Positions 12,803-25,439 of a DNA stretch of 64,000 nucleotides are shown piece after piece. Source of the stretch: Octopus bimaculoides (lineage: Eukaryota); NCBI RefSeq assembly GCF_001194135.2, contig NC_068983.1, forward strand, positions 159,046,146 to 159,110,145, read 5' to 3'. Below the pieces are notes generated by a model. It made no database searches and was not told the DNA's origin. It was given only the letters and a program-made list of their open reading frames with translations. The position numbers and the translations under genes are program-made. Numbering within the stretch: the stretch's first letter is position 1; each line of letters begins with the position of its first letter.

Positions 12803-15800
12803 CTGTGGTGTAATTCCTGTTGGTGAGGCAGAGACTCCTTGATATATTGGGTATTTGAGTATATTTAAAAATTTAAATTTATCATTTAGCTTCATTATTA
12901 TTTAATATATGCATTTCTAATCAAGTTGGAGATTTTTTTTGCAGTAAATTTGTTTTTTTTGTTTTTTTTTGCTTTAGTTATCGGACAAAATTTCCAACCT
13001 GCTATAAAATAAGGTTGATATTTCATTCAAAATTGGTTAGCGTTATTTTTAGTGACTTGGATTGGCAAATATTTTTTTAAAATTTTATTTGCCTAAAAGC
13101 ATACTATTCTTTGTATTTAGTAATAATTTTTCATACTTCTTTTATTTTATGTTTCATAAGGATATTATTTATATAAATATGATATTATCTAATTCATTTT
13201 TTTTTTATTTTCTACAGATGAATGAAGAAAGACGTGAAGATGAATGGTGTAAAGAGGCTAAATCTATGTTATTGAAATATGCTAGTGAGATAGAGTTACC
13301 AGACAGGTATACCAATTTAAAAAGATTTTTTTTCATTTCATTGAAGATAAAAAATTAAAAAAAAATCTACCTAATTGCTTTTCTTACCTTTTTACCATGA
13401 AAAAAAATGTATTTCAGAGTTTAGTTATGAATTTATAATTCTTTTACCTTTCATTTTATATCAAATATTGTCTCAAAATAACATTCAGTAGTTGTTAATT
13501 ATGTATATAATTATACAGCTTATGTGCAATTAAAGAAGTTGAAATATATCCTCTTCATTATTGTGTTTTGGAAGAATATAAGATCTTTGTTAGTGAATAA
13601 AAAAACTCATGTTCTTAGTTGTGTGTGTAAGGGAATGGGTTACTGAGTGAAATTCTATTTGTGTATGTTTACCAGATAAAAGAATATTTCCTCCACTTTC
13701 ATTTGTACTAAGAGAGTATTTGGTTGTCAAATAATGAATTTATGTGAGCAAACTATCCAGACGAAGTTAGGCAAAGATAGAAAGTAACAGTAGTAGAGAA
13801 ATACCAATCTGAAAGTTGTACTTTTAATTGATCTGCCTCTGAAAATCATTTCATTATCTTGTAAATAATTTAAGAATGGAGGAAGCTCATATGCATCAGT
13901 ACTGAAAATTATAAGAGAATTGTTCATTTAAAGCTTTTGAAAAAGTTCTATTGAGGTGCTAAAGCTTGTAAGAAACACCGATATTCTTCTACTAATTGTA
14001 GTTCACATTCTGCATTATAGAATGTAATTACAATGTTTTGTATGTATTTTCTAGTCTTCCTTTCAAATACTTCATTGGCATTTAGATAATTTTTTTAAAT
14101 AGCATTTAAAAATTTTGATTCTGCATGTATCCAGAGTTAATATACAAGTGAATAAAACATAGTAAATTATGAAAAAATATTTATTTTATATTGGCTTTGT
14201 TGCATATTTGTACAAAACCTGTTTAAAATATTAAACTCTTTCTTACAGTTCAGTAAAAGAACAAATTTATCTAAATCTAAGTTTTATAGTTATATCATTA
14301 ATATATATATATATGTCATCCGATAATCACTCCGGAAAGGAATATTCGGATAGAATGGGGCTTGCTAAAGCTAGGCCGAAACAGCTGTAAGATTAAACTT
14401 CTATTCATCCTCTAATTCCTTATGTACTTTGTACTTCTATATGTAAACCAGGTTGGCAAAATAACATAGTCTGCCATAGACACCTGTGATTTGGTTCTTT
14501 CTTTCTTTTTCTTTCTTTTTTTTGTCACTTTTGCTATGAATTAAATTAATGAATTCAATGGGATACACCGTCTGCAAGTAGTTGGGTTCAGCATATTATC
14601 CTCCATTTTCTAATTGTTATATATATATATAATAATTATTTCTTACAGCCCTTTGGATAGCATTATTGACCAACTTGGTGGCCCAGAGGCCGTTGCTGAA
14701 ATGACAGGAAGACGTGGTCGAGTAGTAAGGAGCAATGATACAGGATGTCCTCGTTATGAACTTCGTGATAGTCTCTCATCTGGTTCCAGTTCAGAATTAG
14801 AAAGTTTGAATGTGAATGAGGTAAGTATTCTGTGATAACTTCTATATTGATGTATGTTGTTGAATTCATTTTGGTCTCATAAATGGTTGGATGGAAAAAA
14901 AAAAGAAAAATGAAAAAAAGATGAGAAGCATGAAGTACCATGTACATATCATCCCTTTTTAGACCACAATCTTACATATTTGGTTCTTGAAATACAAAGA
15001 TAGTGGTGAGAACTTTATAGTCTACTAGATCTGACAATATGGTTGACTTAAATTCAAAATGCTCTAAGGAAGGAATTTCAACCATGTTTCGTGGTCTGCT
15101 ACCACAACAGCTCCTTTATAGGATCCAGTTAGCTCAAGACACCATCAGGAGGAACCACGTCCGATTTCGGCCCCTACTCCTCTACCGTTTTGACGTGGCG
15201 GGGCCCCTCCTTTCGGAGGTGTCTTCAGCTCTGGTGTTGGGTGCATGTCTTCTTTCTTCTATTCCCTGGCCTCTTTGACNNNNNNNNNNCTGTGGAATGT
15301 CCCTCGCTATGGTTATTTTCCAGGAGGTTCTGGCCACACGTCTTACGGTTCATCAACCCGCGTTGTTGAATTACTTTCTTCTGGCATACCTTCCCTTGGT
15401 GGATTAGGATCCAGTTAGCTCAAGACATCATCAGGAGGAACCACGTCCGGTTTCGGCCCCTACTCCTCTACCGTTTTGACGTGGCGGGGCCCTCCCCCTT
15501 TCGGAGGTGTCTTCAGCTCTGGTGTTGGGTGCATGTCTTCTTTCTTCTATTCCCTGGCCTCTTTGACGCAGCATCGAGTGTCAGCGTCCGACTGATCGTC
15601 ATGTCAAATTCCCCTTTTTATATCTGCTGCTAGGCTCCAGCAAGCAGCCCCAGCTAGTTGTCACGTGACACTGTCTAAATTTCCCGCTGCTAGGGTCCAG
15701 TAGTTTACTAGATCTGACAATATGGTTGACTTAAATTCAAAATGCTCTGAAACTTAGGTAATCATAACTCCAATTAATATGTTTAATCACTCCAACTAAT

Positions 15801-18800
15801 ACTGCAAATCCCTCTGGCTGGGGACACTAAAAAGAAATTCACACCTCAAGCTAATCAAAATCTGTTGGTGTCCTATAAACTCCCCTATACACATCATGAA
15901 CACTTTCTTGAAAAGCCGTTTCTCAACTTAACAAATTTGTTTATCACTCTTTCTTACACCAAACAGAATTTCTAACTACTACTACTACTACAACACTAGA
16001 TTAATGAATTATGTTCTCAACTCAGCAAGGGAGCCTTTATGTAATAACTCGATCAGTTAGAAACAACAGCCAAATCACCCCCAGATTGCATAGTACCATC
16101 TTAAAAAAGACATGCAGGATCATGGTGTTATGGGTTCTCTGCAAACGAGAAAAAGACAGTATGGCTGCAATTGGAATTGCTTTGATCAAATCACTGCTTC
16201 ATCTAGGTTGATCTGGGATTAAATAATGGCAACATTACTTGTTAACCGTTTAGAAATTACTCATACAGAGTAACAAAGCCTTCCGTCATAAACCATTTTG
16301 CACAAGATATTCATTAAAAATCACATATTTTCATTAAAATTCATAAAAATTGCTTACAGACTCCTCTTATTTCTTAGATCTTAATACTCAATGTCTCACT
16401 GTTTACACATTCTAAAGGTTAGCTATCTCAGTCATTGTTATGCTACATCATTGTTCAATTCAACAATACAACATCTTAGAAGTTTGGATAATGAAACTGA
16501 TGTGATGTATCCTGATTCACATTGAGGTCATTTCTATACAAGCGCATACTGAAACAGACACATCAAGAACCATGGCTATATCCAGTGGAGACTTGTGATG
16601 TTGTGGTTTAGATGTTTACTTTACAAATCATAAAGTCATGGATTCAGTTTCTGGACAATGGATTTTATTTCTAATTGGCTCTAGTCTACTCAGTTGAAAT
16701 GAGTTTTAACTGAGTTCTTGTGCAGTCTTCTCTCCAGCTGTCATATTCTAAATGCTCTGCTGGCCAAGGGTGGGAGGGACAAGAGGATGTCTGTGTGACA
16801 GCCATAGACAAATACATGTGTTGCTCCTTAACATTTTTATTGGTAATGTTTTACTGCACATTTGTTTTAGCAGAAGTAACTGAAATATGTAACTGCTACA
16901 ATAACTTGTTGAAATAGAAGCTTATTATACAATAAAAGCAGTGGGGATTTATTTTTATGTATTAAATCTCAATTTTGCATGAAGTTAAAAATTTTGTGGT
17001 GAAATGATTTGATTACTTAACTATTCTTTCAGCGGAATAATTTCATGGATGGAAGAAAGTTAGTTGCAATTATTTCTGACGCTGCTAGCACAGGTGAGAA
17101 ATTGTTTCTATTCCATGAGAGAAATATTGAAACTCTTTGAATATTTTGTAACTTGGGATGTTTGTTCTTCACTTTGATATTTAGCTGTTAGATATTTAGT
17201 TGTTATGTAATTAAACCTTTAGCATTTAAGCCAGCTATGTCTGGCTCAAATATTCTACCTGACCAGATCTGGCTTCTTGCATCTATCCTACAATGTCATT
17301 CTAATAATAAACAATCACATAATCAAAATCTTGAAGCTACAAGATAATGCATGACTCATTCAAAACTGTGAATAAATGAGCATTACATTTGAGAGATTAA
17401 TCTGAATGCTGAAGGGTTAAGCCTTCTATATTATGTAAAGTGTGGAATAATTCTAATTGAGTTATGTATATATTGTTGGATAAAGTGTTTGAGCTATTGT
17501 AAGCATGGATAAACAAATATTTAAACAATGATATTGGTGAATAGTTTTAGTCTGTCTCTATCACTTTTCACCAAGCTCAATGCTGTTTGATTTAGTATAT
17601 TTTATTATTAACATTTTATACCTTATTTGCTATTGTGGAAGAAATATTATTTTTGCAGGAATATCATTACATGCTGATGTGAGAGCTCCCAATCAGCGGC
17701 GCCGGCATCATTTGACCATAGAATTACCCTGGAGTGCTGACAAAGCTGTACAACAACTGGGTCGTTCTCATCGTTCGAATCAGTCAAGGTAAGTAGCTAA
17801 GACTCTACATCTTGTTTGGTACTAAAAAAATAAAAAGATGTAGCATTTGTTTTCTATTTCATGACTCTTTACTATGTCAAAGCTATACTGTAGCAACAAT
17901 TAATTGAGCTATGTAATAGCTCAATTAATTATTACTATAGTATATCTTTGGTACAGTTACCTTTGTCAGCTAGTTATTGTACCTTAGTCAAGTATTTATA
18001 TATTATCTGGTCAACAAGGGAATTCCAGTCCTGCTTGAATTAGCAGCCAAAAATCCCTCAGATCACACACTACTATCTCAAACATGGAAAGACACATTGG
18101 ATAACTCTCAGAAGACAGTATGATCTTGGCTGTAATGCTTTTCATCATAGGCTGGCTCAGTTTTGACTGGAGATGAAATATAACATCTTTCCTATCATAA
18201 GTATATTAAATGGCTCAGCTAATTTTTACCATAATTAGCCATAGCGTCTGATTCAAAGTTTTTTAAATGCTTTTCACTGATTCCTTTGAGATTCCTGTCT
18301 TTCATTAGCGGGTGATTTATTATATATCATCATCATCATCGTCATCATTGTCGTTTAACGTCCGCTTTCCATGCTAGCATGGGTTGGATTGCTAGCATGT
18401 AGTCAATATTCTATTCAAGTGCGCACAAGAATTGTTATATTCACTTTTTGTTCAGTGTTTTGAGGTGTTGAAAATACATCTCTGAGTTAGTCACTGATAC
18501 CTTTCCCTGCAACCTAGTCTAGTTTATTTCATTGATTTTCACTCGTTTATGGAAAAGGTTTCTTCCTTATTAAAATCTCCACTGAAGGAACACTTATATT
18601 ATGCTTTCAATTTATTGAAGTATACATCTTTAGAAATTTTATATCTGTAAAGATTTCAGCACTTTGTAAACCAATTTGTACATTCAACATTTATTTCAGT
18701 GGTCCCCTCTATAAACTGGTAACTACAAACCTGGGTGGTGAAAGGCGTTTTGCTGCTGCTGTTGCACGTCGATTACAGTCTTTGGGTAAATTTTACTCTT

Positions 18801-21800
18801 ACTTATCCATTTCTGTTGAGTTTCACATTTTGTTTGCTTTTAGTTTAAAGAGTTGTTTATTTGGGAAATAACATGTCATCATGTAAGTTATACGTATATT
18901 TATTAATACTTGCTAATTAATATTTAATAATTAAATGAATTGGCATTCCTATTCAGAGTAAGAGTGAAAAGAATATTTAATGAAATTTTTTTTTTTTTTT
19001 TTGTGCGGGTGGCACATGAAATGCACCATTTTGAGCGTGGCCGTTGCCAGTACCGCCTCACTAGCCTTCGTGCGGGTGACACGTAAAAGCACCCACTACA
19101 CTATCTGAGTGGTTGGCATTAGGAAGGGCATCCAGCTGTAGAAACTCTGCCAAATCAGATTAAAGCCTGGTGTAGCCATCTGGTTTCACCAGTCCTCAGT
19201 CAAATCGTCCAACCCATGCTAGCATGGAAAGCGGACGTTAAACGACGAAGAAGAAGAAGGGTGCCCATAAAATTCAAGTAATAAATTCTGATAATCAAAA
19301 CTAGAATTAAATCATCATTTTATTTTACACCTGCTTTCCATGCTGGCATGGGTTGAACCAATATAAATTGGTTCAATTATGGTAGTAAAATTGTGATTTA
19401 GAAAAGTGTTCATAATAGAAGGGTAGGATATTTTTCAGTGTCACAAATAAATATAGTTATTTTGAGACTGGGTATCTTTTCCCTAAACTTTATGCGTTGA
19501 ATAGCATATGGCGTAGTGGTTATGCAACTGGACTCTCAATGGATTTGATTCCCTTCATTGAGAGGTGTGTTGTATCTTTGGACAAGATACTTTATTTAAC
19601 GTTGCTTTAGTCTCCACTCAGCTGGCAAAAGAGTATTAAGGCTACAAGAGCACCTGGTCAGCATCAAATTAATATGGCAATGTTAATGAGTTAGTAGTAC
19701 AACCAAACACTTTAGGCATGAAGGAAGGGTCTGTGCAGCATTGTACTGCTATAATCTATGTCTACAGTTTAGTTGTGTATTTGTAAAACAAAATATTTTT
19801 ATTTGGTTTTAATAGGCGCTTTGACTAAAGGTGATCGACGAGCTGCAACAGGTGCAGATCTCACTGAATTCAATTTTGATACTCCATATGGACGTAGTGC
19901 TCTGAGAGTTATGTATCAGTATACTTGTATGGTGAGTAAGGAGTTAAAATATCTTAGTTCTCTTCTGTTTATTGTTTTGTAATTAATGATTATTAAATGT
20001 GTTTTTTTTTTCTGTCCCATTTTTTTTAATACTGTTTAATGAAATTGTTTTTAAGATTATTCTAAACTTATTTTTGCAGTCTGAATTGGTTCCTGGTATA
20101 GCTTTTAATTCTGTCAAGCAAAATGTGGACACAATTGACAACTTCCATAAAATTTTGCAGGTTTGATAATTTTTTTCATTTATAATTTAACATTAATAGT
20201 TCTTATAGTTTAGCTACTAGAGAAACTATGTATAATACATAATTAACTTTCAGTTAGTTTTATAGTCATGCTGGAGAAGTAATAAAAGTAGATCTGAAAT
20301 ACTTTGCGATTTTAATCTACTTTCTAAACAAACATTTCAGAATTTATATAGTCAGAGTATATTATATAATCTTATATAATCTCTGTGTAACATTTTTTAG
20401 AATGATAGATTTGTATACCTAATTCTTGGATAGTACTTCTTTTTTTTCCTTTAACCTGCTGGGTTTGGAAGAATAGGTAGCACCCATGGCCTTTGAAACT
20501 GGTGAGATAGATGCCATTAACGTTCTTGAAATTTTTGCAAACCAACTCTTATGAGAAGGACATTGACTAAGAGAAGATTTCAAAAAGCTGATGTTCTGGG
20601 CAGGAAGGATAACAAGATTTAATGGTTAGTGTGGGGCCTGGGTGGATGGACATGAGGGTGATGAGAGGAGGAGGAGGAGAGATGGCTGGGTCGGAAGTGC
20701 CAGAGTGGAGGAGGCACATGATCAGCCAATTCTGAGGAATAGAGACTATTATAGTAGCAGTAAAAAATACAGAGAGGCAAAGAGAAGAGAGACTGTACAC
20801 CTGCAACCAAAAACTAGAGTATGTCTTGAGTGATTTTATGTCAAACAGTTGTATAATCTTTCTCTGGATGTTCTCTAGGATGTTTGTGTAAGTATAGCAG
20901 TAGCAGTGCTGTTCAAGATGTGGGAGCAATACTTCATTTGTGGGTCTCACTTGAGCTTTGTAGAGTGTCAGTAATTGTAGAGACTGAAATATTCCACACT
21001 CCAAAAGAGAAGGGCCAATCCTTGGGATGTAATTCTAGTTATTGTAATTTATTTACTAGAAAGAGTGTACTGGGCACAGTGATGTAGGAAAATGTCGTAG
21101 TTTTGGAAGCATTGAAACGTTTTAAATAAAAAGGTTGGAAATGAGAAACTCATTATAGTTAATATAATTAGTTGGAATTGGGTTAAAGACTATTATTATA
21201 GTGATTGAAATAATATATTAAATTTGGTGTTCATTTCCTATTTAAATAAAGAATACTAGGTCTTAAGTCTTTCTAAATATCACCAGATATTTTGTTTATT
21301 TAATTGTGGCACAAATAAAATATCAGTTTCAAATTGTGATATGATCTGTTTTCTCTGCTTTGGAATTCTACAAACTAGTTAAAATTGATGAATGAAAGAA
21401 TATTTATAATAAATTTGACATTAACCCTTTTGATATCAACCCAGCTGAAACCGCCTCTGACTCTGTAGTACAAATGTCTTAACACTAGCTTAATGAAAAC
21501 TAAGTTATTTTGCTAAATTCTTCGTTATATTTAAAATTAATTGAAAGAAATACAGAGCACCACAACAGAAATATGATAACAAAAGGGTTAATTGTGCCTG
21601 TTTGCTATTTTTGGCAATGATTTCTGAATCTATAGTTGTTTATAGTTAATTTCTGAATAAATGTTTTCTTTTTAATTCTGATACTATGTTGAAACTAAGT
21701 ATCTTTTCTTCATTTCTATACTAGGATTGTTTAATTTTGATGGGGATTGTTGATATGGATCCAGTTAAATTTACTGTCCAGGTTAAGAAAGAAGATTTAG

Positions 21801-24800
21801 GCAATGTTGGTAAATTTCTCAACCGTATCCTTGGTCTTCCTGTGATGAAACAAAACCTGGTAATTGTTGCTTTATTTTTCTATGTAACATTATTTTTGTT
21901 GTTTTTATAAACATGTATTTGATGTGACTTCTCAAACTTGACAGTCTTCACTAATTTTATTTTCATAAATATTTGAAAGGTACAAAGTTGGTAAGGAAGA
22001 ACAAATATCAGAGAAATGATATTGTTCTTTGATGACATTGCATTATGATGATCTCAAAAACAATATTTAGCAGTTTAAATGACAATGGCATTATGTTTTA
22101 ACTAAAGAGCAGCTGTAGTATCCATTAATAATAAACCTTGGAACATTGATAAACAGCTTACATACTTCTATAAGTTCTAAATGTAATTATTTAGGAGTCC
22201 TACATGACTTAGTGTGCTGTAATTGGAAAAATGATTGAAATCTTTTCAGTTATAGTAGTGAAACATAGTATTTTAGTTCTTCATTCTATGGAATTTCTTT
22301 TGTATATTTTTGAAATTTTAACCTTTTGCCTGTCCAAAGCATTTTCATTAGTTTGTCCTAAATGTCCATACTTGTTTTCATATTTTTAGTTAGCCTTTGT
22401 TTCATACATTCTAAGTAATATAAAGATTTCCTTTCATAACTCCCAAGCTAATCTATTGGTTGAAAAAAAATTGGATATGTGTGTTGTATATGATGCATGG
22501 ATGTCAGGGTAGTATGTCTTGGACAGGCAAATGGTTAAGCTAAAGTAATATACCTTGCTTATTGGAACAGTACTATGTTTGAAGTAAATAATGAACTCTT
22601 GATCATGAGATCAGTTATTGCCCCAGTTTAAGAAAAGGAATTGAGTTGTATCTTCTTTATAATCTTCTCTTGTTCTTTTTTGTTTATCACAGATTTTCAA
22701 CTATTTTATTCAATGCCTGGATATAACAATACAGAATGCTAAGAGAGAAGGAAAGTAAGTTCTCTTTAAAATTTTTGTGAAACATGTGAATGATTTCTGA
22801 TACTTTGCTTAGTGTTATATTGCTTTCACCTTAAAAGTGAAAGTATTGTTTTCAGTCATTTTTGTTTGTCTGTCTGGCCGTGGACAAGATATCTCAAGAA
22901 CCACTAGATGGATTTGGATGAAACTTTCAGGGGTGTTTGGCCTCGGAACCGGCATAGATTTTGGGATCAATCCGGTACAGGACAAGGATTCTAAAAAAAG
23001 AATTAGTTATAAGAAAGAGCTATTTAAGGTGATGCCCCCCCCCCAAATACTGACGCACCCTGTACACCTGGTGCTGGTACCACATAAAAAGCACCCAGTA
23101 CAATCTGTAAAGTGGTTGGCCTTGGGAAAGGTATCCAGCTGTAGAAACCATACCAAAAAAGACAATGGAACCATGTGTGGCTCTCAGCCTCGTCAGTTCC
23201 TGTCAAACTGTCCGACCAATGCCAGTATGGAAAATGGGCATTAAATGATAAAGATGATGATTGGTTTTATCAATAGTATATTGCAAGCAATATTGTAAGC
23301 AACACTAGAAAATTAAGATGCTAGACTATTTACTATTTTACTCAAACCTTGTCTTAAGCTAAGGATCATACTCTTCTGTTATGTAACCATTTAAAAAATC
23401 AAAAACTTCAGATTTGAATATGCTATCAACTCTGAGAATACTGGTGAGAAACTACAGTTGTGAGGTTAAAGCTCTGCACTGTTGACTATAATCCAGTTAC
23501 CTGTTCAAGCTTTACAAAAGCCATTGTGTTGCACTCATATGTAAGGCACATCAGATAGATTTTTATTCCTACATTAAAGTTGAATAGAAGAGTATTCAAC
23601 TGTAAAAACAATCCCACAAAAACTTCCAATTATTCACTTTTGTTAATCCTATCATCTATCATTATCATCATCATCATCGTTTAGCGTCCGCCTTCCATGC
23701 TGGCATGGGTTGGACGATTTGACTGAGGACTGGTGAACCCGATGGCAGCACCAGGCTTCAATCTGATCTGGCAGAGTTTCCACAGCTGGATGCCCTTCCT
23801 AATGCCAACCACTCCGAGAGTGAAGTGGGTGCTTTTATGTGCCACCGGCATGAGGGCCAGTTACGCGGTACTGGCAACGGCCACGCTCAAAATGGTATTT
23901 TTTACGTGCCNNNNNNNNNNNNNNNNNNNNNNNNNNNNNNNNNNNNNNNNNNNNNNNNNNNNNNNNNNNNNNCCTCGCTCGAATGTTTTGTTCATGTGCC
24001 AGTAAGGCGACCCTGGTAACGATCACCCTCAAATGGTGCTATTTACGTGCCACTGGCATGGAAGCTAGACAACTGCTCTGGCAATGATCATGCTCGGACG
24101 GTGCTCTTAGCGCTCCACTGGCACAGGTGCCAGTCATCGAATTTGGCTCAATCACAATTTCGATTTCGATTTCACTTGCCCCAACAGGCCTTCGCAAGCC
24201 GAGTTTAGTATCCAATGAAGGAAAGGTACGCATAAGTGGGTTGGCTATCCCCTTTATAAGTATTGGAAAATATTACAAGAGAAACACTTTCTGTGAGTAA
24301 AGTTTGTGTGTTAAGTTGTATAATGAGAAGTGAAAGCATCATCATCATTGTCATTTAACGTCTGCTTTCCATGCTAGCATGTGTTGGAATCTTTTGAGTA
24401 ATTTTACATGTGCTACACAGCTGTGATAAGCTCCAACAAAGCTGTTTGTGATATTTGATTCTAGGTTGAGTTATTTCACTTAACTTGTTCATCTTGTCTT
24501 TATGTGCCTGAGACATTTTTTGACATGCCTTATTCAACGTGTATTCTTAGCATTCCTTGGAATGTGACTCAAACAGAATTGAAGATCCAGTCTTCTACTA
24601 TGCAATTGTTAGGGATTAATTATTTTCTTTTTGTTTTCTGGGTAAAATGTTTTTTTAAAAATATTAACGAAGAAATATTTTAGTAAAAATTTGTTATTAG
24701 CAGTGGAAGCAGTATTAACTCAGACAGCGTATACTTATCGAAGTCACAATATTGCAGTATTTACCTGGAGAAAGCATCTCTTATAGATGTATAGTGCTAA

Positions 24801-25402
24801 AAGGCATGGAACTGTAACAGTAGTAGATGAAAAGCACCTAGCAGTGGTGGTGGAATTGCTAAATCCAGCTTTCTGCATCATTGCACATCATTAGTAGCAA
24901 GTATCCACTATCAACCACATGCTTAGACAGATTTTGCTTCTACTAATATAGAAAAACAGTGATTAGCAAATCACTGGTGTCACAAATGGTTTGTGGGTTA
25001 GGTCTGATTGAGCAATTTTATGATCAAATATGTTTCAGCCGTGACCATCCTTTTTTGTTTCTTTCCAGTATACTTATTTGATTGGTAGGGTTAGATTTAA
25101 GAAAGAGTTGGTTGTTGTTTCTAGAAGCTTCTTTCATTTTTAATTTTGTGCAATGCTGTAAAATTAAATAATTAATTCAAAATTGACTATTTTATAAAAT
25201 TATTTTGAGATGAGAGACTGTAAAAGTAGTTAATAGAATAAAAGTTCATCTATTTTGTTTTCTATTGAGCTTTCTTAACTTTCTATTAAAACCGTTGCCA
25301 GTGCCCCTGGACTGGCTCTTGTGCGGGGCCGTTGTAGGATTTTCGAGCAAGATCATTGCTGGTTCCCCTGGACTGGCTCATGTGTGGGCGACACACGAAA
25401 TC

Positions 25403-25439
<37 letters not shown>

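Noticed and set aside
15119-15567. Hammerhead-like words (CTGAAGA, CTGATGA, ggccGAAAccg) on the minus strand of the unclassified insert
   Set aside because: Stems I and II could not be closed in any topology I tried.
22837-23244. 135-aa ORF
   Set aside because: Read-through of a HINE-like fragment and an RTE 3'-end copy; no protein features.
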